From: Balanoglossus misakiensis
Lineage: Eukaryota > Animalia > Hemichordata
Length of the DNA stretch: 64,000 nt
Assembly: GCA_040954595.2 (NCBI GenBank)
Contig: CM082582.2
Coordinates: forward strand, 1,240,001 to 1,304,000
Direction: 5' to 3'
Part shown: positions 1 through 11,569 of the stretch, piece by piece
Layout of the letters: every line of letters starts with the position of its first letter
Position numbering within the stretch: position 1 is the stretch's first letter
The notes under the pieces: model-generated
Database searches by the model: none
Seen by the model: the letters and a program-made list of their open reading frames with translations, nothing else
What the model was told of the DNA's origin: nothing
Translations under genes and position numbers: made by a program

Positions 1-542
1 AACCGACGAAATTTTGAGATTTTGCAAAGTCGAAAATTTGTCATTTTTTGATGATTTTCACCCATGATTTTTTACAAAAATCGACGAAATTTTGAGATTT
101 TGCAAAGTCGAAAATTTGTAATTTTTTGATGATTTTCACCCATGATTTTTTTCAAAAATCGACGAAATTGTGAGATTCTGCAAAGTCGATAATTTGTCAT
201 TTTTTGATGATTTTCCCCCAATGGTTTTTTTCAAAATCGACGAAATTTTGAGATTTTGCAAAGTCGAAAATTTGTCATTTTTTGATGATTTTCCCCCATG
301 TTTTTTTTTTAAATGGACGAAATTTTGAGATTTTGCAAAGACGAAAATTTGTTATTTTTTGATGATTTTTACCCATGATTTTTTTTCAAAAATGGACGAA
401 ATTTTATGATTTTGCAAAGTCGAAAATTTGTCATTTTTTGATGATTTTCACCCATGAATTTTTCAAAAATCGACGAAATTTTGAGATTTTGCAAAGTCGA
501 ACATTTGTCATATTTTGATGATTTTCACCAATGTTTTTTTTT

Positions 543-570
543 AAAAATCGGCGAACCCATGATTTTTTTC
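543..570 (+). repeat. Internally deleted ~27-28 bp unit (first copy; recurs throughout the array)
   Basis: AAAAATCGRCGAACCYATGATTTTTTTC is the monomer start (..TCGACGA) fused to the monomer end (ACCCATGA..), with ~50 bp missing. Also at ~804, 1065, 2034, 2453 and dozens of later positions. Confidence 0.92.
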
Positions 571-1324
571 AAAATCGACGAAATTTTGAGATTTTGCATA
601 ATCGAAAATTTGTCATTTTTTGATGATTTTCACCCATGATTATTTTTAAAAATGAACGAAATTTTGAGATTTTGCAAAGTCAAAAATTTGTCATTTTTTG
701 ATGATTTTCAACCATTATTTTTTTCAAAAATGGACGAAATTTTGAGATTTTGCAAAGACGAAAATTTGTCATTTTTTGATGATTTTCACCATGTTTTTTT
801 TTTAAAAATCGACGAACCTATGATTTTTTTCAAAATCGACGAAATTTTGTGATTTTACAAAGTCGAAAATTTTGTCATTTTTTGATGATTTTCACCATGA
901 TTTTTTTTCAAAAATCGACGAAATTTTGAGATTTTGCAAAGTTGAAAATTTGTCATTTTTTGATGATTTTCACCCATGAATTTTTCAAAAATCGACGAAA
1001 TTTTGAGATTTTGCAAAGTCGAAAATTTGTCATATTTTGATGATTTTCACCAATGTTTTTTTTTAAAAATCGGCGAACCCATGATTTTTTTCAAAATCGA
1101 CGAAATTTTGAGATTTTGCATAATCGAAAATTTGTCATTTTTTGATGATTTTCACCCATGATTTTTTTTAAAAATGAACGAAATTTTGAGATTTTGCAAA
1201 GTCAAAAATTTGTCATTTTTTGATGATTTTCAACCATTATTTTTTTTCAAAAATGGACGAAATTTTGAGATTTTGCAAAGACGAAAATTTGTCATTTTTT
1301 GATGATTTTCACCATGATTTTTTT

Positions 1325-1380
1325 TCAAAAATCGACGAAATTTTGAGATTTTGCAAAGTCGAAAATTTGTCATTTTTTGA
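1325..1380. repeat. Imperfect inverted repeat (~56 bp) forming the core of each full monomer (representative copy)
   Basis: TCAAAAATCGACGAAATTTTGAGATTTTG|CAAAGTCGAAAATTTGTCATTTTTTGA. The reverse complement of the right arm, TCAAAAAATGACAAATTTTCGACTTTG, aligns to the left arm with a few mismatches and bulges. The centre TTTGCAAA is a perfect 8-bp palindrome. Confidence 0.9.
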
Positions 1381-4300
1381 TGATTTTCACCATGATTTTT
1401 TTTCAAAAATCGACGAAATTTTGAGATTTTGCAAAGTCGAAAATTTGTCATTTTTTGATGATTTTCACCCATGATTTTTTTTCAAAAATCGACGAAATTT
1501 TGAGATTTTGCAAAGTCGAAAATTTGTCATTTTTTGATGATTTTCACCATGATTTTTTTTCAAAAATCGACGAAATTTTGAGATTTTGCAAAGTCGAAAA
1601 TTTGTCATTTTTTGATGATTTTTACCCATGATTTTTTCAAAAATTGACGAAATTTTGAGATTTTGCAAAGTCGAAAATTTGTCATTTTTTGATGATTTTC
1701 ACCCATGATTTTTTTCAAAAATCGACGAAATTTTAAGATTTTGCAAAGACGAAAATTTGTCATTTTTTGATGATTTTTACCCATGATTTTTTTTCAAAAA
1801 TCGACGAAATTTTTAGATTTTTCAAAGTCGAAAATGTGTCATTTTTTCATGATTTTCACCCATGATTTTTTTTCAAAAATCGACGAAATTTTGAGATTTT
1901 GCATAATCGAAAATGTGTCATTTTTTGATGATTTTTACCCATGATTTTTTTTCAAAAATCGACGAAATTTTGAGATTTTGCAAAGTCGAAAATTTGTCAT
2001 TTTTTGATGATTTTCACCCATGTTTTTTTTTTTAAAATCGACGAACCTATGATTTTTTTCAAAATCGACGAAATTTTGTGATTTTACAAAGTCGAAAATT
2101 TTGTCATTTTTTGATGATTTTCAACCATGATTTTTTTTCAAAAATCGACGAAAATTTGAGATTTTGCAAAGTCGAAAATTTGTAATTTTTTGATGATTTT
2201 CACCCATGATTTTTTTCAAAAATCGACGAAATTGTGAGATTCTGCAAAGTCGATAATTTGTCATTTTTTGATGATCTTCCCCCAATGGTTTTTTTCAAAA
2301 TCGACGAAATTTTGAGATTTTGCAAAGTCGAAAATTTGTCATTTTTTGATGATTTTGCCCCATGTTTTTTTTTTAAAATGGACGAAATTTTGAGATTTTG
2401 CAAAGACGAAAATTTGTCATTTTTTGATGATTTTCAACCATGTTTTTTTTTTAAAAATCGACGAACCTATGATTTTTTTCAAAATCGACGAAATTTTGTG
2501 ATTTTACAAAGTCGAAAATTTTGTCATTTTTTGATGATTTTCACCATGATTTTTTTTCAAAAATCGACGAAATTTTGAGATTTTGCAAAGTTGAAAATTT
2601 GTCATTTTTTGATGATTTTCACCCATGAATTTTTCAAAAATCGACGAAATTTTGAGATTTTGCAAAGTCGAAAATTTGTCATATTTTGATGATTTTCACC
2701 AATGTTTTTTTTTAAAAATCGGCGAACCCATGATTTTTTTCAAAATCGACGAAATTTTGAGATTTTGCATAATCGAAAATTTGTCATTTTTTGATGATTT
2801 TCACCCATGATTTTTTTTAAAAATGAACGAAATTTTGAGATTTTGCAAAGTCAAAAATTTGTCATTTTTTGATGATTTTCAACCATTATTTTTTTTCAAA
2901 AATGGACGAAATTTTGAGATTTTGCAAAGACGAAAATTTGTCATTTTTTGATGATTTTCACCATGATTTTTTTTCAAAAATCGACGAAATTTTGAGATTT
3001 TGCAAAGTCGAAAATTTGTCATTTTTTGATGATTTTCACCATGATTTTTTTTCAAAAATCGACGAAATTTTGAGATTTTGCAAAGTCGAAAATTTGTCAT
3101 TTTTTGATGATTTTCACCCATGATTTTTTTTCAAAAATCGACGAAATTTTGAGATTTTGCAAAGTCGAAAATTTGTCATTTTTTGATGATTTTCACCATG
3201 ATTTTTTTTCAAAAATCGACGAAATTTTGAGATTTTGCAAAGTCGAAAATTTGTCATTTTTTGATGATTTTCACCATGATTTTTTTTCAAAAATCGACGA
3301 AATTTTGAGATTTTGCAAAGTCGAAAATTTGTCATTTTTTGATGATTTTCACCATGATTTTTTTTCAAAAATGGACGAAATTTTGAGATTTTGCAAAGTC
3401 GAAAATTTGTCATTTTTTGATGATTTTCACCAATATTATTTTTCAAAAACCGACGAAATTTTGAGATTTAGCAAAGACGAAAATTTGTCATTTTTTGATG
3501 ATTTTTACCCCTGATTTTTTTCAAAAATTGACGAAATTTTGAGATTTTGCAAAGTCGAAAATTTGTCATTTTTTGATGATTTTCACCCATGATTTTTTAC
3601 AAAAATCGACGAAATTTTGAGATTTTGCAAAGTCGAAAATTTGTAATTTTTTGATGATTTTCACCATGATTTTTTTTCAAAAATGGACGAAATTTTGAGA
3701 TTTTGCAAAGTCGAAAATTTGTCATTTTTTGATGATTTTCACCAATATTATTTTTCAAAAACCGACGAAATTTTGAGATTTTGCAAAGTCGAAAATTTGT
3801 CATTTTTTGATGATTTTCACCCATGATTTTTTACAAAAATCGACGAAATTTTGAGATTTTGCAAAGTCGAAAATTTGTAATTTTTTGATGATTTTCACCC
3901 ATGATTTTTTTCAAAAATCGACGAAATTGTGAGATTCTGCAAAGTCGATAATTTGTCATTTTTTGATGATTTTCCCCCAATGGTTTTTTTCAAAATCGAC
4001 GAAATTTTGAGATTTTGCAAAGTCGAAAATTTGTCATTTTTTGATGATTTTCCCCCATGTTTTTTTTTTAAATGGACGAAATTTTGAGATTTTGCAAAGA
4101 CGAAAATTTGTCATTTTGTGATGATTTTTACCCATGATTTTTTTTCAAAAATGGACGAAATTTTAAGATTTTGCAAAGTCGAAAATTTGTCATTTTTTGA
4201 TGATTTTCACCCATGAATTTTTCAAAAATCGACGAAATTTTGAGATTTTGCAAAGTCGAACATTTGTCATATTTTGATGATTTTCACCAATGTTTTTTTT

Positions 4301-7300
4301 TAAAAATCGGCGAACCCATGATTTTTTTCAAAATCGACGAAATTTTGAGATTTTGCATAATCGAAAATTTGTCATTTTTTGATGATTTTCACCCATGATT
4401 TTTTTTAAAAATGAACGAAATTTTGAGATTTTGCAAAGTCAAAAATTTGTCATTTTTTGATGATTTTCAACCATTATTTTTTTCAAAAATGGACGAAATT
4501 TTGAGATTTTGCAAAGACGAAAATTTGTCATTTTTTGATGATTTTCACCATGTTTTTTTTTTAAAAATCGACGAACCTATGATTTTTTTCAAAATCGACG
4601 AAATTTTGTGATTTTACAAAGTCGAAAATTTTGTCATTTTTTGATGATTTTCACCATGATTTTTTTTCAAAAATCGACGAAATTTTGAGATTTTGCAAAG
4701 TTGAAAATTTGTCATTTTTTGATGATTTTCACCCATGAATTTTTCAAAAATCGACGAAATTTTGAGATTTTGCAAAGTCGAAAATTTGTCATATTTTGAT
4801 GATTTTCACCAATGTTTTTTTTTAAAAATCGGCGAACCCATGATTTTTTTCAAAATCGACGAAATTTTGAGATTTTGCATAATCGAAAATTTGTCATTTT
4901 TTGATGATTTTCACCCATGATTTTTTTTAAAAATGAACGAAATTTTGAGATTTTGCAAAGTCAAAAATTTGTCATTTTTTGATGATTTTCAACCATTATT
5001 TTTTTTCAAAAATGGACGAAATTTTGAGATTTTGCAAAGACGAAAATTTGTCATTTTTTGATGATTTTCACCATGATTTTTTTTCAAAAATCGACGAAAT
5101 TTTGAGATTTTGCAAAGTCGAAAATTTGTCATTTTTTGATGATTTTCACCATGATTTTTTTTCAAAAATCGACGAAATTTTGAGATTTTGCAAAGTCGAA
5201 AATTTGTCATTTTTTGATGATTTTCACCCATGATTTTTTTTCAAAAATCGACGAAATTTTGAGATTTTGCAAAGTCGAAAATTTGTCATTTTTTGATGAT
5301 TTTCACCATGATTTTTTTTCAAAAATCGACGAAATTTTGAGATTTTGCAAAGTCGAAAATTTGTCATTTTTTGATGATTTTCACCATGATTTTTTTTCAA
5401 AAATCGACGAAATTTTGAGATTTTGCAAAGTCGAAAATTTGTCATTTTTTGATGATTTTCACCATGATTTTTTTTCAAAAATCGACGAAATTTTGAGATT
5501 TTGCAAAGTCGAAAATTTGTCATTTTTTGATGATTTTCCCCCATGTTTTTTTTTTAAATGGACGAAATTTTGAGATTTTGCAAAGACGAAAATTTGTCAT
5601 TTTGTGATGATTTTTACCCATGATTTTTTTTCAAAAATGGACGAAATTTTAAGATTTTGCAAAGTCGAAAATTTGTCATTTTTTGATGATTTTCACCCAT
5701 GAATTTTTCAAAAATCGACGAAATTTTGAGATTTTGCAAAGTCGAACATTTGTCATATTTTGATGATTTTCACCACTGTTTTTTTTAAAAATCGGCGAAC
5801 CCATGATTTTTTTCAAAATCGACGAAATTTTGAGATTTTGCATAATCGAAAATTTGTCATTTTTTGATGATTTTCACCCATGATTTTTTTTAAAAATGAA
5901 CGAAATTTTGAGATTTTGCAAAGTCAAAAATTTGTCATTTTTTGATGATTTTCAACCATTATTTTTTTCAAAAATGGACGAAATTTTGAGATTTTGCAAA
6001 GACGAAAATTTGTCATTTTTTGATGATTTTCACCATGTTTTTTTTTTAAAAATCGACGAACCTATGATTTTTTTCAAAATCGACGAAATTTTGTGATTTT
6101 ACAAAGTCGAAAATTTTGTCATTTTTTGATGATTTTCACCATGATTTTTTTTCAAAAATCGACGAAATTTTGAGATTTTGCAAAGTTGAAAATTTGTCAT
6201 TTTTTGATGATTTTCACCCATGAATTTTTCAAAAATCGACGAAATTTTGAGATTTTGCAAAGTCGAAAATTTGTCATATTTTGATGATTTTCACCAATGT
6301 TTTTTTTTAAAAATCGGCGAACCCATGATTTTTTTCAAAATCGACGAAATTTTGAGATTTTGCAAAGTCGAAAATTTGTCATTTTTTGATGATTTTCACC
6401 ATGATTTTTTTTCAAAAATCGACGAAATTTTGAGATTTTGCAAAGTCGAAAATTTGTCATTTTTTGATGATTTTCACCATGATTTTTTTTCAAAAATGGA
6501 CGAAATTTTGAGATTTTGCAAAGTCGAAAATTTGTCATTTTTTGATGATTTTCACCAATATTATTTTTCAAAAACCGACGAAATTTTGAGATTTAGCAAA
6601 GACGAAAATTTGTCATTTTTTGATGATTTTTACCCCTGATTTTTTTCAAAAATTGACGAAATTTTGAGATTTTGCAAAGTCGAAAATTTGTCATTTTTTG
6701 ATGATTTTCACCCATGATTTTTTACAAAAATCGACGAAATTTTGAGATTTTGCAAAGTCGAAAATTTGTAATTTTTTGATGATTTTCACCATGATTTTTT
6801 TTCAAAAATGGACGAAATTTTGAGATTTTGCAAAGTCGAAAATTTGTCATTTTTTGATGATTTTCACCAATATTATTTTTCAAAAACCGACGAAATTTTG
6901 AGATTTTGCAAAGTCGAAAATTTGTCATTTTTTGATGATTTTCACCCATGATTTTTTACAAAAATCGACGAAATTTTGAGATTTTGCAAAGTCGAAAATT
7001 TGTAATTTTTTGATGATTTTCACCCATGATTTTTTTCAAAAATCGACGAAATTGTGAGATTCTGCAAAGTCGATAATTTGTCATTTTTTGATGATTTTCC
7101 CCCAATGGTTTTTTTCAAAATCGACGAAATTTTGAGATTTTGCAAAGTCGAAAATTTGTCATTTTTTGATGATTTTCCCCCATGTTTTTTTTTTAAATGG
7201 ACGAAATTTTGAGATTTTGCAAAAACGAAAATTTGTCATTTTTTGATGATTTTTACCCATGATTTTTTTTCAAAAATGGACGAAATTTTAAGATTTTGCA

Positions 7301-10300
7301 AAGTCGAAAATTTGTCATTTTTTGATGATTCTCCCCCATGTTTTTTTTTAAATGGACGAAATTTTGAGATTTTGCAAAAACGAAAATTTGTCATTTTTTG
7401 ATGATTTTTACCCATGATTTTTTTTCAAAAATGGACGAAATTTTGAGATTTTGCAAAGACGAAAATTTGTCATTTTTTGATGATTTTCACCATGATTTTT
7501 TTTCAAAAATCGACGAAATTTTGAGATTTTGCAAAGTTAAAAATTTGTCATTTTTTGATGATTTTCACACATGAATTTTTCAAAAATCGACGAAATTTTG
7601 AGATTTTGCAAAGTCGAAAATTTGTCATATTTTGATGATTTTCACCAATGTTTTTTTTTAAAAATCGACGAACCCATGATTTTTTTCAAAATCGACGAAA
7701 TTTTGAGATTTTGCATAATCGAAAATTTGTCATTTTTTGATGATTTTCACCCATGATTTTTTTTAAAAATGAACGAAATTTTGAGATTTTGCAAAGTCGA
7801 AAATTTGTCATATTTTGATGATTTTCACCAATGTTTTTTTTTAAAAATCGGCGAACCCATGATTTTTTCAAAATCGACGAAATTTTGAGATTTTGCATAA
7901 TCGAAAATTTGTCATTTTTTGATGATTTTCACCATGATTTTTTTTTCAAAAATCGACGAAATGTTGAGATTTTGCAAAGTCGAAAATGTGTCATTTTTTG
8001 ATGATTTTCACCCATGATTTTTATTCAAAAATCGACGAAATTTTGAGATTTTGCAAAGTCGAAAATTTGTCATTTTTTGATGATTTTCACCCATATTATT
8101 TTTCAAAAACCGACGAAATTTTGAGATTTAGCAAAGACGAAAATTTGTCATTTTTTGATGATTTTTACCCATGATTTTTTCAAAAATTGACGAAATTTTG
8201 AGATTTTGCAAAGTCGAAAATTTGTCATTTTTTGATGATTTTCACCCTTGATTTTTTTCAAAAATCGACGAAATTTTAAGATTTTGCAAAGACGAAAATT
8301 TGTCATTTTTTGATGATTTTTACCCATGATTTTTTTTCAAAAATCGACAAAATTTTTAGATTTTTCAAAGTCGAAAATGTGTCATTTTTTCATGATTTTC
8401 ACCCATGATTTTTTTTCAAAAATCGACGAAATTTTGAGATTTTGCATAATCGAAAATGTGTCATTTTTTGAGGATTTTTACCCATGATTTTTTTTCAAAA
8501 ATCGACGAAATTTTGAGATATTGCAAAGTCGAAAATTTGTCATTTTTTGATGATTTTCACCCATGTTTTTTTTTTTAAAATCGACGAACCTATGATTTTT
8601 TTCAAAATCGACGAAATTTTGTGATTTTACAAAGTCGAAAATTTTGTCATTTTTTGATGATTTTCAACCATGATTTTTTTTCAAAAATCGACGAAAATTT
8701 GAGATTTTGCAAAGACGAAAATTTGTCATTTTTGATGATTTTTACCTATGATTTTTATTCAAAAATGGACGAAATTTTGAGATTTTGCAAAGACGAAAAT
8801 TTGTCATTTTTTGATGATTTTCACCCATGATTTTTTTTTCAAAAATCGACGAAATTTTGAGATTTTGCAAAGTCGAAAATTTGTCATTTTTTGATGATTT
8901 TCACCCATATTATTTTTCAAAAATCGACGAAATTTTAAGATTTTGCAAAGACGAAAATTTGTCATTTTTTGATGATTTTTACCCATGATTTTTTTTCAAA
9001 AATCGACGAAATTTTTAGATTTTTCAAAGTCGAAAATGTGTCATTTTTTCATGATTTTCACCCATGATTTTTTTTCAAAAATGGACGAAATTTTGAGATT
9101 TTGCAAAGACGAAAATTTGTCATTTTTTGATGATTTTCACCCATGATTTTTTTTTCAAAAATCGACGAAATTTTGAGATTTTGCAAAGTCGAAAATTTGT
9201 CATTTTTTGATGATTTTCAACCATGTTTTTTTTTTCAAAATCGACGAACCTATGATTTTTTTCAAAATCGACGAAATTTAGTGATTTTACAAAGTCGAAA
9301 ATTTTGTCATTTTTTGATGATTTTCACCATGATTTTTTTTCAAAAATCGACGAAATTTTGAGATTTTGCAAAGTTAAAAATTTGTCATTTTTTGATGATT
9401 TTCACACATGAATTTTTCAAAAATCGACGAAATTTTGAGATTTTGCAAAGTCGAAAATTTGTCATATTTTGATGATTTTCACCAATGTTTTTTTTTAAAA
9501 ATCGACGAACCCATGATTTTTTTCAAAATCGACGAAATTTTGAGATTTTGCATAATCGAAAATTTGTCATTTTTTGATGATTTTCACCCATGATTTTTTT
9601 TAAAAATGAACGAAATTTTGAGATTTTGCAAAGTCGAAAATTTGTCATATTTTGATGATTTTCACCAATGTTTTTTTTAAAAATCGGCGAACCCATGATT
9701 TTTTCAAAATCGACGAAATTTTGAGATTTTGCATAATCGAAAATTTGTCATTTTTTGATGATTTTCACCCATGATTTTTTTTAAAAATGAACGAAATTTT
9801 GAGATTTTGCAAAGTCAAAATTTTGTCATTTTTTGATGATTTTCACCCATGATTTTTTTTTCAAAAATCGACGAAATTTTGAGATTTTGCAAAGTCGAAA
9901 ATTTGTCATTTTTTGATGATTTTGCCCCATGTTTTTTTTAAAAATGAACGAAATTTTGAGATTTTGCAAAGTCAAAATTTTGTCATTTTTTGATGATTTT
10001 CACCCATGATTTTTTTTTCAAAAATGGACGAAATTTTAAGATTTTGCATAATCGAAAATTTGTCATTTTTTGATGATTTTCACCCATGATTTTTTTTAAA
10101 AATGAACGAAATTTTGAGATTTTGCAAAGTCAAAATTTTGTCATTTTTTGATGATTTTCACCCATGATTTTTTTTTCAAAAATGGACGAAATTTTAAGAT
10201 TTTGCAAAGTCGAAAATTTGTCATTTTTTGATGATTTTCACCCATGAATTTTTCAAAAATCGACGAAATTTTGAGATTTTGCAAAGTCGAACATTTGTCA

Positions 10301-11569
10301 TATTTTGATGATTTTCACCAATGTTTTTTTTTAAAAATCGGCGAACCCATGATTTTTTTCAAAATCGACGAAATTTTGAGATTTTGCATAATCGAAAATT
10401 TGTCATTTTTTGATGATTTTCACCCATGATTTTTTTTAAAAATGAACGAAATTTTGAGATTTTGCAAAGTCAAAAATTTGTCATTTTTTGATGATTTTCA
10501 ACCATTATTTTTTTCAAAAATGGACGAAATTTTGAGATTTTGCAAAGACGAAAATTTGTCATTTTTTGATGATTTTCACCATGTTTTTTTTTTAAAAATC
10601 GACGAACCTATGATTTTTTTCAAAATCGACGAAATTTTGTGATTTTACAAAGTCGAAAATTTTGTCATTTTTTGATGATTTTCACCATGATTTTTTTTCA
10701 AAAATCGACGAAATTTTGAGATTTTGCAAAGTTGAAAATTTGTCATTTTTTGATGATTTTCACCCATGAATTTTTCAAAAATCGACGAAATTTTGAGATT
10801 TTGCAAAGTCGAAAATTTGTCATATTTTGATGATTTTCACCAATGTTTTTTTTTAAAAATCGGCGAACCCATGATTTTTTTCAAAATCGACGAAATTTTG
10901 AGATTTTGCATAATCGAAAATTTGTCATTTTTTGATGATTTTCACCCATGATTTTTTTTAAAAATGAACGAAATTTTGAGATTTTGCAAAGTCAAAAATT
11001 TGTCATTTTTTGATGATTTTCAACCATTATTTTTTTTCAAAAATGGACGAAATTTTGAGATTTTGCAAAGACGAAAATTTGTCATTTTTTGATGATTTTC
11101 ACCATGATTTTTTTTCAAAAATCGACGAAATTTTGAGATTTTGCAAAGTCGAAAATTTGTCATTTTTTGATGATTTTCACCATGATTTTTTTTCAAAAAT
11201 CGACGAAATTTTGAGATTTTGCAAAGTCGAAAATTTGTCATTTTTTGATGATTTTCACCCATGATTTTTTTTCAAAAATCGACGAAATTTTGAGATTTTG
11301 CAAAGTCGAAAATTTGTCATTTTTTGATGATTTTCACCATGATTTTTTTTCAAAAATCGACGAAATTTTGAGATTTTGCAAAGTCGAAAATTTGTCATTT
11401 TTTGATGATTTTCACCATGATTTTTTTTCAAAAATCGACGAAATTTTGAGATTTTGCAAAGTCGAAAATTTGTCATTTTTTGATGATTTTCACCATGATT
11501 TTTTTTCAAAAATGGACGAAATTTTGAGATTTTGCAAAGTCGAAAATTTGTCATTTTTTGATGATTTTC

